64,000 nucleotides of DNA from Eledone cirrhosa (Eukaryota). The position numbers and the translations under genes are program-made. The stretch lies in the NCBI GenBank assembly GCA_964016885.1, contig CAXHJY010000079.1, positions 124,001 through 188,000 on the forward strand, read 5' to 3'. Below are positions 31,385-43,907 of this stretch, in pieces; position 1 is the first letter of the stretch; each line of letters begins with the position of its first letter. Below the pieces are notes generated by a model that ran no database searches, was not told the DNA's origin, and was given only the letters and a program-made list of their open reading frames with translations.

Positions 31385-31670
31385 GATATGGAAAACAGAT
31401 ATTAGATGATGTTACTAGTAGGGAAAACAGATATAAAATGATGTTACTAGTAGGGAAAACAGATATAAAATGATGTTGCAAGTGGCGGAAAACACAGATA
31501 TAAATTGATGTTGCAAGTGGGGGAAAACAGATATTAAATGATGTTACTAGTGGAGAAAACAGATATTAGATGTTACTAGTAGGGAAAACAGATATAAAAT
31601 GATGTTACTAGTGGAGAAAACAGATATTAGATGTTACTAGTAGGGAAAACAGATATAAAATGATGTTACT
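31385..31670. repeat. About 32-bp minisatellite, about 9 units
   Basis: Unit GGAAAACAGATATAAAATGATGTTACTAGTAG. Confidence 0.92.
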
Positions 31671-32261
31671 GATTATCATCATATTAACAATTATAAGTCT
31701 GAAATACATATAAATACCATATTTTTAGTGGAAAACATTGCCTATTATTTTCAAAACAAACAAGAATTTAAAGGGATTGAGTGATATAACTAATTTCTTT
31801 ATTAATGCAAATATTTGGAGCCTAACTTGATGAAATTTCATATAAGAAATTATAATGGAAGGTTTTAAAATAAATCTAAACACTTTAAATATACAGTTTG
31901 GTATCATAGAAGTTTTTAGGTGGATTGTTATGTTAATATGACATGATGAAAATAAATAAATTAATGACATTATGCCAATGTTGGTATATAATACTTTCCT
32001 TTTAGTTTCATAAATAGTAACAACAATAATATGGCACTAGTAATGAGACTTTGAAAGAATGACATCTTGATGGCAATCATAATTTTACAGAAATTACGAA
32101 AATATTGTTTATCCATAGTCAAGAAAATTTGTAGCCAAAATTGCTTTCAGGACAAATAATAGATCCACAGTTAAACTAAATACTTTTATATTATAGAACA
32201 ACAAACTCTGGTGAAAATCACTTTTCTGAGAGTGAAAATAGTACAGTATAGACTAAGACAC

Positions 32262-33006
32262 CCAAAATAAGACCATGGCTCCTAAATAAGACCACAGCCC
32301 TCAAAATAAGACCATAGCCCTCACAATAAGACTATGGGCCCCCAAATAAGACCACGGCCCCCAAATAAGACCATAGCCCTCAAAATAAGACCTTAGCCCG
32401 CAACATAAGACTATAGCCCTCAAAATAAGACCATAGCTCTCAAAATAAGACCATAGCTCTCAAAATAAGACCATAACCCTCAAAATAAGACCATAGCTCT
32501 TAAAATAAGACCATGGCCCCAAAATAAAACCATGGTCCTCAAAATAAGACCATAGCTCTTAAAATAAGACCATAGCCCTCAAAATAAGACCATATCCCTC
32601 AAAATAAGACCATATCCCTCAAAATAAGACCATGGCCCTCAAAATAAGACCATAGCTCTTAAAATAAGACCATGACCCCAAAATAAGACCATGGCCCTCA
32701 AAATAAGACCATAGCCCTCAAAGTAAGACTATAGCCCTCAAAATAAGACAATGACCCTCAAAATAAGACCATAGCCCTCAAAATAAGACCATGGCCCCAA
32801 AATAAGACTATGGCCCTCAAAATAAGACCATGGCCCTCAAAATAAGACCATAGCCCTCAAAATAAGACCACAGCCCTCAAAATAAGACCATGGCCCCAAA
32901 ATAAGACCATGGCCCTCAAAATAAGACCATGGTCCTCAAAATAAGACCATGGCCCCAAAATAAGACCATGGCCCCAAAATAAGACCATAGCCCTCAAATT
33001 AAGACT
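32262..33006. repeat. 20-bp minisatellite, about 37 units
   Basis: Unit CAAAATAAGACCATAGCCCT. Confidence 0.97.
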
Positions 33007-33450
33007 AACCTTGTGTTAAATGTAGAAACAAAAAGAAAACTGTAATTTAATGCAAATCAAATATCAATGCAGTTTTAAAATTAAAATTCCTTATTTTCCT
33101 CAGCTCAGATCTTCCTCTATATCATCTTATACTCATTTCTAATTATGTCCTGCTACTCAAAAGACTTAAAATAAGGTTCCATACTTCTAACACAATATTG
33201 TTCTGTGACCTATTAAAAATGGCAGCTAAAGTAACCTCAAATCATACACCTAAAAAAAAGGGATGGACACATTAGATAATGTAGTACTGATTCCCTCCAA
33301 CTGAAGGATTGTCATGGCTAGATTTCTCTTTGATCTATTCAGAAAGGGCGGATTTCCTTCTAAACAACAAGTTATGAGTGCAAAATGTCTCTTTATTGTT
33401 AGAATTGAAAATACCTCAGCTCTGAAAGTGGCAGATATATTACATAGAAT

Positions 33451-33626
33451 AATTGTTTCTACATTTGGCACAAGGCCAGCAATTACCCAGTACATTACTG
33501 GTACTTTATTTTATCGACCCCGTAAGGATGAAAGGCAAAGTCAACCTCGGCGGGATTTGAACTCAGATCGTAAAGGGATGTAACTATGCTGGAAAGCATG
33601 TCCGACCCTCTACCGATACTGCCAAT
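33451..33626 (-). mobile_element. SINE family B
   Basis: Near-identical to 41669-41851. Confidence 0.9.
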
Positions 33627-34849
33627 AATGTGCTCTATGTCTGGCTATTCCTGAAGTAACTAAGAATACTTCATCTGTGAAAGTGGTGGATATATTATGA
33701 AGTATAAGTGTGCTTTACAATAGGTTATTGTTGATTATTATCTGGGATAATCCACAAGAAGACATGAGTGGAAGGATGATGTGCTGGAAATTACTTGGCA
33801 AAACCATGGAAGCATGAAAAAAATGGATGTAAAACTATGATGATGGTCCCAAGAAAGTTTTTAGACAGAGTTATACTCTGGAGTCGTGTAGACAGTGAGA
33901 TACTTAGAAATTTAAATGATAGAGGGTGCTGGTGGTAATGGTTGACTCTACACATGATGCTGCTTTGGGATTGCTGGCTTAGGAAGACCCTGGCCTCATC
34001 GAGCAAGAAGAAGAAGGGCTTGTGGGGGAGACTAGGTCAATACACCCTTTATAGGGGCGGCTCGTAAACAAAATAAAGATCAGTAGAGAAGATGGTGATA
34101 CAAGATAGAAATATGTGCACCACAGTGCAAAACAAAACTCCCTAATTCTTGGCTGCCTGGAAAAAGTGGGCGTAAAGCCAATGAAGATTATGATGATGAT
34201 GATAAAGAAGATAATGAAGTAATTAAAATACATTTCTAGAAGAGACTTGATGTAGGAGCTGATATCATGTGAAATATGGCTTCAAATATTAGAAGAATTT
34301 CTAATTTAATAACAAACACATATAAAATAATACCAATCTATATAAATAAAAACTACAAAAACTAATGGTAAATGAAAAAGTCTGCAGTGGGAAAGGAAGG
34401 GGAAAATAGGTTGAAGAATAATCCAAATTAGAGTTCCTAGTTACATGGGATTCTCTGATAGGGTTCTGGGGAACTTAATAATTCACCCACACAGACAAAA
34501 ACAGTGAAACAGCAATAGAAAAACAAAAACAAAAGGAAAACAAATAAAAAGAGACACACAAAACATACATAATTCTTTACTTTCTGTGCTAATTTATATT
34601 TGTTTAAATGGCAGGAGCTCAGCTGTCGGGTTGCAACTCTTCATAATATAACCATACTCTACTACTCCAAGTATCGAGTACTCTGTTGAGTAATGGTCTA
34701 ACCAGCTTCAAAATAATTCCACTCTGATATATATATATATAGTAATAATAATAAATGTGAAGACTAAAATCCAAAGAGGGCTCGATAAGGATAAATATAT
34801 ATCAAATATATAAGAACCACAGAGCAAATATTTATTAAAATAACATTAA

Positions 34850-34900
34850 AGTTTAAGCAAAGAATCGCTGCTTTCACCCTTAATGGGATCTTCTGAAACT
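34850..34900 (-). ncRNA. Type I hammerhead-like motif with CAGAAGA core variant
   Basis: Minus strand reads AGTTT-CAGAAGA-TCCC-ATTAA-GGGT-GAA-AGCAG-CGATTCT-TTGCT-T-AAACT. Confidence 0.62.
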
Positions 34901-35021
34901 AAAAAAAATAAATCAATCTATGAACGCAGAAGTAAATATTTCGAAAAACGTTGCAACCGAAGGAAAACAGGAAGACGATACTTTGGTTCGTGAAGAACGA
35001 ACCAAAGATAAATTAGTGCTC

Positions 35022-35688
35022 TAGTGAGAGAGGGGGAATTGAGAGAGAGTGAGGGGGAGAGAGTTTGTTTGGTTAATGGGAGAGGGGAAATTGTGAGAGT
35101 GCGAGAGAGAGAGGTATGTAGTGGTATATAGAGAGGGGGAGAGAATTTGGTGGCTGAGTGAGAGAGTAAGGTATGTAATGGGTTATAGAGAGGGGTGAGA
35201 GTTTATTGACCAAGTGAGAAATGGGGAGCTAAGAGAGTGAGGTAAGTAGTGGAATATATAGAGGGAGAGAGTTTGTTGGTTTAGTGAGAGAGGGGGAATT
35301 TCGAGAGTGAGTGAGGTACGTAGTGGGATATAGAGAGCGGGAGAGAATTTGTTGGTTTAGTGAGAGAGGGTATTGTGAGAGTGAGAGAGAATGAAGTATG
35401 TATTGGAATATAGAGAGGGAGAGAGAATCTTTTGGTCTAATGAGAGAGGGGGAATTAAGAGAGTGAGGTATGTAGTGGTATAAAATGAGGGGGGGGAGAG
35501 TTTTTTGATTTAGTGAGAGAGGGATAATTGTGAGAGTGAGGTATGCAGTGGGACAGAGAGGGGGAGAGAGTTTTGTGGTTTAGTGAGAGAGGGATAATTG
35601 TGAGAGTGAGGTATGTAGTCGGATATAGAGAGGGGGAGAGAATTTGGTGGTTTAGTGAGAGAGGGATAATATTTTGAGAGAGAGAGTG
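35022..35688. repeat. Degenerate purine-rich tandem repeat, about 70-bp unit
   Basis: Recurring TTTAGTGAGAGAGGG...GTGAGAGTGAGGTATGTAGTGG..ATAGAGAGGGGGAGAG. Confidence 0.8.
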
Positions 35689-36054
35689 ACAAAATAATTG
35701 TAGGATGGACGAAAAATGTTTTAATATTGGGTTTCGCAGTAAAGTGTGTGTGTGTGCATGTGCGCGTGTGTGTTTATATATGTGTGTGTGTGTTTATATG
35801 TGTGTGTGTATATTATACATGTGTACGTGTTTGCATGTTTCTATATATATATGTGTGTGTGTGTTTATATATATATATTTGTGTGTGTATGCGTTTATTT
35901 ATATATAAATATATGTGTTTATTTACATAGGTGTGCGTTTATATGTATGTATGTTTGTATGTTTATATGTGTGTATGTGTGTGTACCTGTGTGCTTGTAT
36001 ATGTTTGCGCGTGTATGTGTGTTTGTTTGTATATATGTGCGTGTTTGTTTTTGT

Positions 36055-36352
36055 ATATCTAAGGCGGGTAAAATTCCCGAGATCCATGGACGAGTTCTCT
36101 CAGCGGTCTCTGTCCCTCATTATCGCTGCCATGTCCTGCGTCTCCAACAGACCAGTGTATGTCCTTAGGGCATCAACATACGTTAACCTTGGTCTTTCTC
36201 TTCTAGTGTGTCTATGTAGGGGCTCCCAAAGGAGCACTGAGTGCAATGTCAACTCTGGATGTCGGTGAGCATGTCCAGCTAACCTCAGTCTCCTCTGTGC
36301 CACTTTTGAGCTGACTTTTGGGATGCTCCCATATAGCTCTGAGTTTTTCAAC
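36055..36352 (-). mobile_element. LINE (RTE/RTE-X-like) 3' end
   Basis: [29 protein letters not shown]...LLWEP...RPRLTYVD; second copy at 47626-47917(+). Confidence 0.88.
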
Positions 36353-36449
36353 CTCAGTGTATATATGTATGTATATGTATAAATGAATATATGAACGTGT
36401 GTATGTATCCATGTATATATCTGTGTACGTATGTATGAATGTATATATC

Positions 36450-36492
<43 letters not shown>

Positions 36493-36498
36493 GTGTAC

Positions 36499-36542
<44 letters not shown>

Positions 36543-36543
36543 A

Positions 36544-36574
<31 letters not shown>

Positions 36575-36885
36575 GGAGGCACGTGGTTTAGTGGTTAGAG
36601 CATTGACCTTGCAATCAAAAGGTTGTGAGTTCAATCCTCAGACTGGTGATGTGTTTTCCTTGAGCACTTTATTTCACATTGCTCCAGTTTACTCAGCTGT
36701 AGAAATGAAATGATAGGGACTGGGATCCTTATCATTCCACTGCAAAGTGGTCGTGGAGGTGCCACGGCAAAAAAGCACACAGTACTCACTGTAAATGAGC
36801 TTGGTGTTAGGAAGGGCATCCAGCTCTAGAAATCCCGTCCCACCCTTGCAAGCAGGGAAAAGCGGAGGTAAAATGATCATGATGT
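36575..36885 (+). mobile_element. Composite SINE: CORE-like head joined to a family C body and RTE tail
   Basis: A/B boxes, then TTCCTTGAGCA, then GTTAGGAAGGGCATCCAGC, then CCCACCCTTGCAAGCAGGGAAAAGCGG...ATGAT. Confidence 0.8.
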
Positions 36886-36946
36886 ATATATATATATGTG
36901 TGTACATTATATATATATATATATCTGTGTACATATGTATATACAT

Positions 36947-37320
36947 TCTAGGAGAAGGAAAACTCTGATATAACACCTGCAACCCTAATGGTATCCAATG
37001 ATGTTGACTTGTTCTTCTTTTGGTAAATATCATCTTGGTTAAGAGAGTGGGACTGGCTTTGTGCAGTGCCTTTGCTCACTATAAAAGCTTTACGGCACAG
37101 GCATTGCTTTATATCTGGAGATCTCTCTGCACTTGTCGTCACATGGTACCATGGGCCCAGCACTATGTGACAATAATTGTCACAAGTGTAGTGTTTGTAC
37201 CAGAGTCTTCAAGTCGCTGGCTGGACTAAAAAGTCACACTCGTTCAGCGCATCGGTAGGGGTTCTCCTACATGGATATAAAGTAGTGGCCGTACTCGAAA
37301 ACGAGTTGGCAGCCACCATA
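36947..37320 (+). mobile_element. LINE 3' end, second copy of 13776-14150
   Basis: Direct match, including the [17 protein letters not shown] region and the GCAGCCACCAT end. Confidence 0.85.
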
Positions 37321-37353
37321 TATCTGTGTACATATGTATATATATCTGTGTAC

Positions 37354-37434
<81 letters not shown>

Positions 37435-37648
37435 GGCATGATACTTTCTTCTCGGCTCCATCCCTGTATTACTGTCATGTGAAAAAACCGTAATAACAAT
37501 TCTGCGATAGGTTAAGCCTGTCGGCTGTGTAGCTTTAACATGTCTAACAGCAGAATGAACAACTATTCTATGGATGTTTGTCTCTATCAATAGGTGACAC
37601 TGAATGAATCTTGTTAAAGTTTATTCAGTCGTGATTTGTATTTTTGTC

Positions 37649-37737
<89 letters not shown>

Positions 37738-37902
37738 GTATGTGTAGATATGTGTGTATATATATATGTATAAATATATGTGTGAGTGTATATATGTATA
37801 AATATATATGTAGAGGTTATAATCTTCCTTGGTGGCCCTTGAAATATGTATAATGAAATAAATATGGTTTTATAAATATCGTTTCCATTTGTTAATATAT
37901 CG

Positions 37903-37929
<27 letters not shown>

Positions 37930-37933
<4 letters not shown>

Positions 37934-38041
37934 AGAGTCAGGACCCCGACGGCTGAGCTCCGGCCGTTTCGACAGTTAGATCAGTTCAGATCTAGATGTC
38001 GAAACGGCCGGAGCTCAGCCGTCGGGGTCCTGACTCTTTTC
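37930..38041. repeat. Perfect inverted repeat (45-bp arms, 22-nt spacer) carrying the hammerhead 3' half
   Basis: 37930-37974 is the reverse complement of 37997-38041; the arm contains GAAAC-GGC-CGGAGCTCA-GCC-GTC. Confidence 0.95.
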
Positions 38042-38139
38042 CTATTACCCACTCTACTACCCAAAGTATTGAGTACTTTGGTGCGTTATGGTCCACCTGG
38101 TTCCTTACCACACTTTCTTTGTTATATATATATATATGT

Positions 38140-38372
38140 TTTGTTTGTCGTTGTTACAGCTCACACCTATGCACGTTTAGCTGGTCTCCTCCAAGGTATA
38201 TCTCGTTAGAGGTGTCTTGGGTGATTTAATGATAGGGACCCCAGTCTTATGTTCTCATTTCTACAGATGAGTAAACTGGAGCAACGTGAAATAAAGTGTC
38301 TTGCTCAAGGAAACAACACATCACCCGGTCCGAGAATTGAAGCCCAATGCTCTAACCACCAAGCCATGCGCC

Positions 38373-38375
<3 letters not shown>
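38140..38375 (-). mobile_element. CORE-like SINE
   Basis: GAGCAACGTGAAATAAAGTGTCTTGCTCAAGG; matches 44826-45070. Confidence 0.88.
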
Positions 38376-38425
<50 letters not shown>

Positions 38426-39282
38426 ATTGCATAGATATAGTGAAGCATTCTGAGATAGGTAATAAATAACAGAGTTTTGTGAAAGGTGGTACCATGTATA
38501 TAGAAATGTCTAGATCATTATTTCCTTCTCCCCCCCTCCCTCTGGAAGAAATCAACAATATCCTAGCCTGGAATAAGATGCCAGGTTTAAATATCAGAAT
38601 GACGCCTCTATCATTCAATTAGCAGAAAATATATAAAAACAAGTTTCTTAATTCAAATGCTTATAGTATATTTAAAGGCGGACAGATTGTTGTGACAATA
38701 TGCAGTATTAGAGTAAAGACATTAATTTGTAATGTGGTACAATCGTAATGCAGTTTTGTCTCCTGAATATGGCTTCATGTGGAAGAGTATGTTAAGAGCT
38801 AAGGCTCCATTCAGATATAGATGTGTGTATTTATTATATAAGATTATTATGCTTACCTTAAATGCTTAAGATTATGTTGTTAAATAAAAACAACATTCCA
38901 TTTAGTAAAACGTCCAATGATCTTCAGGTGTGACAAATACAGGAGGCAGGAAGGAAGAAAAGAAAAAAAAAGAAGAGAAACAATGAAGCAGAGAATAAAA
39001 CCGTGTCAAAGGTGAAACATACAAAATATAGGAATTTTCAATAACTCGGAAGAATAAATAGACATAGGTAGAAAGATAAAAGAATGATGAATGCAGGCTT
39101 ATACACACACACACATATATATATATATGGATGGATGGATGTATACACACATTTTTGAACACTCAATGATATATATAGGGATATCCACTTTCCTACAAAA
39201 ACAGATTTTACTTTTAATCACATCAACATTGCATTGAGTTCTACAATGGCTATACATCCTATCTCAATTAGATAGAACACCA

Positions 39283-39346
<64 letters not shown>

Positions 39347-40120
39347 GAATTAACAAAAGAAGAGTGGAGGAACTGCGTGTGTCACATCATATAATAATTG
39401 TTTTTACTTTTGGCACAAGGCCAGCAATTATTCCAGTACATTACTGGTACTTTATATCACAGATGATATTATAATATTGACAACATGACATGCACAATAC
39501 TGCCCGGTCATTGGTCATCAAAATGGACACACACAGACTTGACCTCCACCGATTTCAGTGCTGGTCAATCCCGGACCACAATGTCTAACCAGTTAACCAA
39601 ACATTGACATTAAACGACCAAGACGAAACAAGACTAACGTAACGTGTGTAGATTGAAATGTAGGACATCTATATATGTCCAAAATATTACATAAACGACC
39701 TGCGAAACACGGAGACCAAGACACACACACATAGAGAATGTGACACTCAGAGAGGAAATATTTGATTGCTTTTAACCATCACAAGATGGTTTGGAAGACA
39801 TACACACCTTTACGCTCCTAACAGTGATGTTAGCTTTGTTATGGTCTGATGCACATATCCTGGCAGCTTTGCACTGACAAACACACGTCCTCTCAAAATA
39901 CATAAGGATTATTTCTCTTTCAAAACCACTCTCATATCGGAGATACCTTTTGACCTGAACATTCTAAAAAATGGCTAACTAAACAGATACATACTTTTTC
40001 CTTCTCAACGATGTATGTGAGGGTTTGTATCTTTTTTCTGTTTGTGTCTTATGTTTCTCTATTCTATCTTCAGTCATTAAATTACGGATTTTATTCCGGA
40101 TCAGTAGGACATACTCCTTT

Positions 40121-40360
40121 AGGAAAGCCCCCTGTACTGATAGGAACTGTATCGTTGGTAAGATAAGCCCACAGATAAACTGTAAAACTAGAAATGTAGT
40201 TATCAGCATGCTAAACTAGAACACGACGGCTCAATAGATAACAGAAATAAGGATCCTATTCACACACAGAACTGGCGCAACATTCAGACAAATTATGGAG
40301 GCCACACACATAACAGAAGATAGTCATAGCCTGAATAGAACACATGAGTGGAATAGTAAC
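40121..40360 (+). pseudogene. Penelope-like element GIY-YIG endonuclease remnant
   Basis: One frame with two stops: KAPCTDRNCIVGK...NCKTRNVV, then IRILF...FRQIMEATHITEDSHSLNRTHEWN (the RxIxEAxxI...LNxxxEW C-terminal motif). The YIG segment is missing. Confidence 0.68.
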
Positions 40361-40380
40361 AGTCCGCAACTTAATGACTG

Positions 40381-40412
<32 letters not shown>

Positions 40413-40803
40413 ACTCAAACGAACCCCCTCAAAACAGAAAACTTGACAAACAGAAAACGCTCGTAGGCGCAGGCGCACACAAATGCGCAGACACGAAACA
40501 CACACACGTGCCGCAAAACAAAAACAAGACGGAGTAGAAGTTTAAGATCAGGAAAAAGAAGAGGCACAACAGAGATAATCTTTTAAGAGGTTACAAAACG
40601 TGTGACGAAAGAAACTTTGGCAAACAATTGAATGATTCTTTCTACTTTTAGCACAAGGCCAGGAATTACCGCAGTGTATTACTGGTACTTTATTTATCGA
40701 CCCTGTAAGGATGAAAGGCAAAGTTAAGAAATAAATGAATAATGAACGATAAAGTGAATATAATATGATGCAAGCGTTTCTTTCTATTGGCAACATGACA
40801 ATC

Positions 40804-40892
<89 letters not shown>

Positions 40893-40898
<6 letters not shown>

Positions 40899-40968
40899 GT
40901 CCCCAAAAATGTATACACACTTCAACAGCATTCTAATCAGAGTATGTATATATTTTTGGGGAACACTA
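40893..40968. mobile_element. Tc1/mariner-type mini-MITE
   Basis: Reverse-oriented homologue of 8316-8395, inside (TA)n. Confidence 0.72.
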
Positions 40969-41001
40969 TATATGTGTCCTAAAACGATGATGATGATCAT
41001 A

Positions 41002-41056
<55 letters not shown>

Positions 41057-41058
41057 TA

Positions 41059-41149
41059 CAGGGTGTCCCCCCCAAAATGTATACACACTTTGATTATATG
41101 TACAGGCAATATTTACTTGAATGGTATATACATTTTTCGGGACACCCTG
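41059..41149. mobile_element. Tc1/mariner-type mini-MITE
   Basis: TA-CAGGGTGTCCC...GGGACACCCTG-TA. Confidence 0.82.
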
Positions 41150-41515
41150 TATATATGTATATATACATACATGTGAGCATGGGAACAGTCCTAAAAACGA
41201 TGATCGTGATCATGATAATATATATATACGTGTGTATATATATATATATCGTATATATGTATATATATGTATGTAGGACCATACAGTTTATTGATATAAA
41301 TATTGAAGCTGCTATACGTAGGTAGCATATAGTGATGACATCTCAGGAGGCAGTTACTACAAGGTTTTACCTAAAGCAAACTGACTGCTGTTTGACAGCT
41401 GATGACAGCAAACTTGGCTATCTACATCTCTCTCTCTTCTCTCTACCCCCCTCTCTCTATCTATATATATATATAGATAGATATATCTAATGTGTATGTA
41501 CTTACACACACACAT

Positions 41516-41566
<51 letters not shown>

Positions 41567-41630
41567 TATATATATGTGTACGAATGGGTACATACATATA
41601 TAATGTGTGTGTGTATATATGTTTGTGTGT

Positions 41631-41668
<38 letters not shown>

Positions 41669-41669
<1 letters not shown>

Positions 41670-41849
41670 ATTGTTTCTACTTTAGGCACAAGGCCAGCAA
41701 ATACCAGTACATTACTGGTACTTTATTTTATCGACCCCGTAAGGATGAAAGGCAAAGTCAACCTCGGTGGGATTTGAACTCAGATCGTAAAGGGACGTAA
41801 CTATGCTGGAAAGCATGGCGTCCGACCCTCCACCGATACTGCCAATCCA

Positions 41850-41851
<2 letters not shown>
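41669..41851 (-). mobile_element. SINE family B, near full length
   Basis: B-box and GCCTTTCATCCTTACGGGGTCGATAAAATAAAGTACCAG on the minus strand. Confidence 0.9.
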
Positions 41852-41894
<43 letters not shown>

Positions 41895-42034
41895 GTGTGT
41901 ATATTTATAATTGTTTCTACTTTAGGCACAAAGCCAACAATTTGTAGGTGAGGGGGAAGTCGATTAAATAGACCCCAGTGCATTACTGGTACTTTATTTT
42001 ATTGACCCTGTAAGGATGAAAGGGTCAATAAAAG

Positions 42035-42680
42035 GGAGGGTCTTGGAGGCAGAGTCCTTCCAGCATGTTCTCTCAGAAGCAACTGTCTCCAATTGATCTG
42101 GCTGGATCCCCAAACAAATCCAGCTGAGCTTATGGATGTTATCCAACCATTTTGCTCAGCGTCTACCCCTGGGTCTCCTGCCAGTTGATTTTTGCCTGTA
42201 AAATCTGTCCATAATACCAGAGCTGTGATCTCTCAATTTGGAGAAGTAGGGGCTCTACCAGAAGTGACTCTCTGATCTCCGAACTACGCATTCTATCATG
42301 AAACATTACTCCACACTTTGGAGGAATCCTATTTCAGCTACTTGTATTTGCAATCATATTTTTTCTGTCATTACCCAAAATTCACGACCACATATAAGGG
42401 TTGACAAGAATACTGAATTGAAGATAGCAAGTTTAGCTTTTACCCCTACCTCCCTTCTGATGACTGAAGCAAGTTGTTTCGACACATAAGTTTATTTTCT
42501 GTAATGAATTCATTCAGATAATCTCCATTTCTGTCTGTTGTATGATGGAAGTTGACCAGTGGGACATATCACCCTGAATCATCAAAACATTGTCTTGTAG
42601 CTAGTCAACATTCTGGCTTAGGTGGAATAGGTTGTCATGGTCCAACCCCAGATGGATTAAACCTTCACCTCGATTTGCTT
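42035..42680 (-). mobile_element. RTE (Expander-like) LINE fragment
   Basis: Minus translation KAKLAIFNSVFLSTLICGREFWVMTEKI*LQIQVAEIGFLQSV resembles the RTE post-RT motif LxYGxExW...IQAAEMxFLR. Confidence 0.82.
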
Positions 42681-42689
42681 GTACATTCC

Positions 42690-43060
42690 ATATTTGGCAT
42701 AGTTTCTATGGACAGATGGCCTTCCTAATGCAAACCCCATTACAGGGTGTACTAAGTATATTTTCCTATGGTACCAATACTACCCCATTACAGGGTGTAC
42801 TAAGTATATTTTCCTATGGTACCAATACTACCGCATTACAGGGTGTACTAAGTATATTTTCCTATGGTACTAATACTACCCCATTACAGGGTGTACTAAG
42901 TATATTTTCCTATGGTACTAATACTACCCCATTACAGGGTGTACTAAGTATATTTTCCTATGGTACTAATACTACCCCATTACAGGGTGTACTAAGTATA
43001 TTTTCCTATGGTACCAATACTACCCCGAACTGGTTGCTTTTTATCATGACACCAGCACTA
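42690..43060 (-). mobile_element. SINE family C with an internal 48-bp unit amplified 6x
   Basis: GATGGCCTTCCTAATGC core, then ACCCCATTACAGGGTGTACTAAGTATATTTTCCTATGGTACCAATACT x6 (42734-43021). Confidence 0.8.
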
Positions 43061-43545
43061 GTACTTTAGAATAATCTAAATAATATTACAAATGAAGCTA
43101 GAGGCCAGATTTAGACACAGGGGCCCTTCATTGCCAACCTCCTACTCTAGGTAGTTATTTTGATTTGCTAGAAATAACAGCTGAATATCACTCAAGTCAC
43201 ATCAAACTATCTTGAAAATGGGAAGGACAAGGAACACATTTGATAATTTAGTCCTAGATATAGACATGGTAAAAATAATGGGGTTATCACATCTTAATAT
43301 AAGTCTATCTAATAAGAATTAACTGGGGGATAAGTAACAATAACAACAATATTGTTTATGTGCTCTAAGTGTTTTCTTTATTTGCCTGGATTGAGACTGT
43401 TTTAACACCAAAATTAATGAAGCTCATAAAATGTCTGAGATGAATGATTGATAATCAAAATTTTAATTATTTTGATTAATTAACCTATCTTTTGAGTTTA
43501 TATTTACTATATAAATATATGTGTGTGTGTCTCCATGTTTATATC

Positions 43546-43577
<32 letters not shown>

Positions 43578-43581
<4 letters not shown>

Positions 43582-43864
43582 GATTGAGATGGTATGGACA
43601 TGTGATGCGCATGGAGGATGACCGCTGGGTAAAGAAGTGCCAAGAAATCCCAGTAGAAGGAAGACACAGTAGAGGAAGACCACGAAAAACATGGGCGGAG
43701 GTGGTGAGAGCAGATCTCAGATTGCTGAAACTCACGGAGAAGATGACGAACGACCGTGACAAGTGGGGAGATGCTGTGCTGAATAGGACCCATCCCACCC
43801 TTGCAAGCAGGGAAAAGCGGACGTAAAATGTTGCAAGCAGGGAAAAGCGGACGTAAAATGATGA

Positions 43865-43868
<4 letters not shown>
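43578..43868 (+). mobile_element. RTE-type LINE 3' end with duplicated terminus
   Basis: RRLRWYGHVMRMEDDRWVKKCQEIPVEGRHSRGRPRKTW; TTGCAAGCAGGGAAAAGCGGACGTAAAATG occurs twice. Confidence 0.92.

Positions 43869-43907
<39 letters not shown>

Noticed and set aside
8551-41420. Other CTGANGA matches (8551, 10673 array, 19081, 28318, 41399)
   Set aside because: No stem II followed by GAAA, and no stems I or III.
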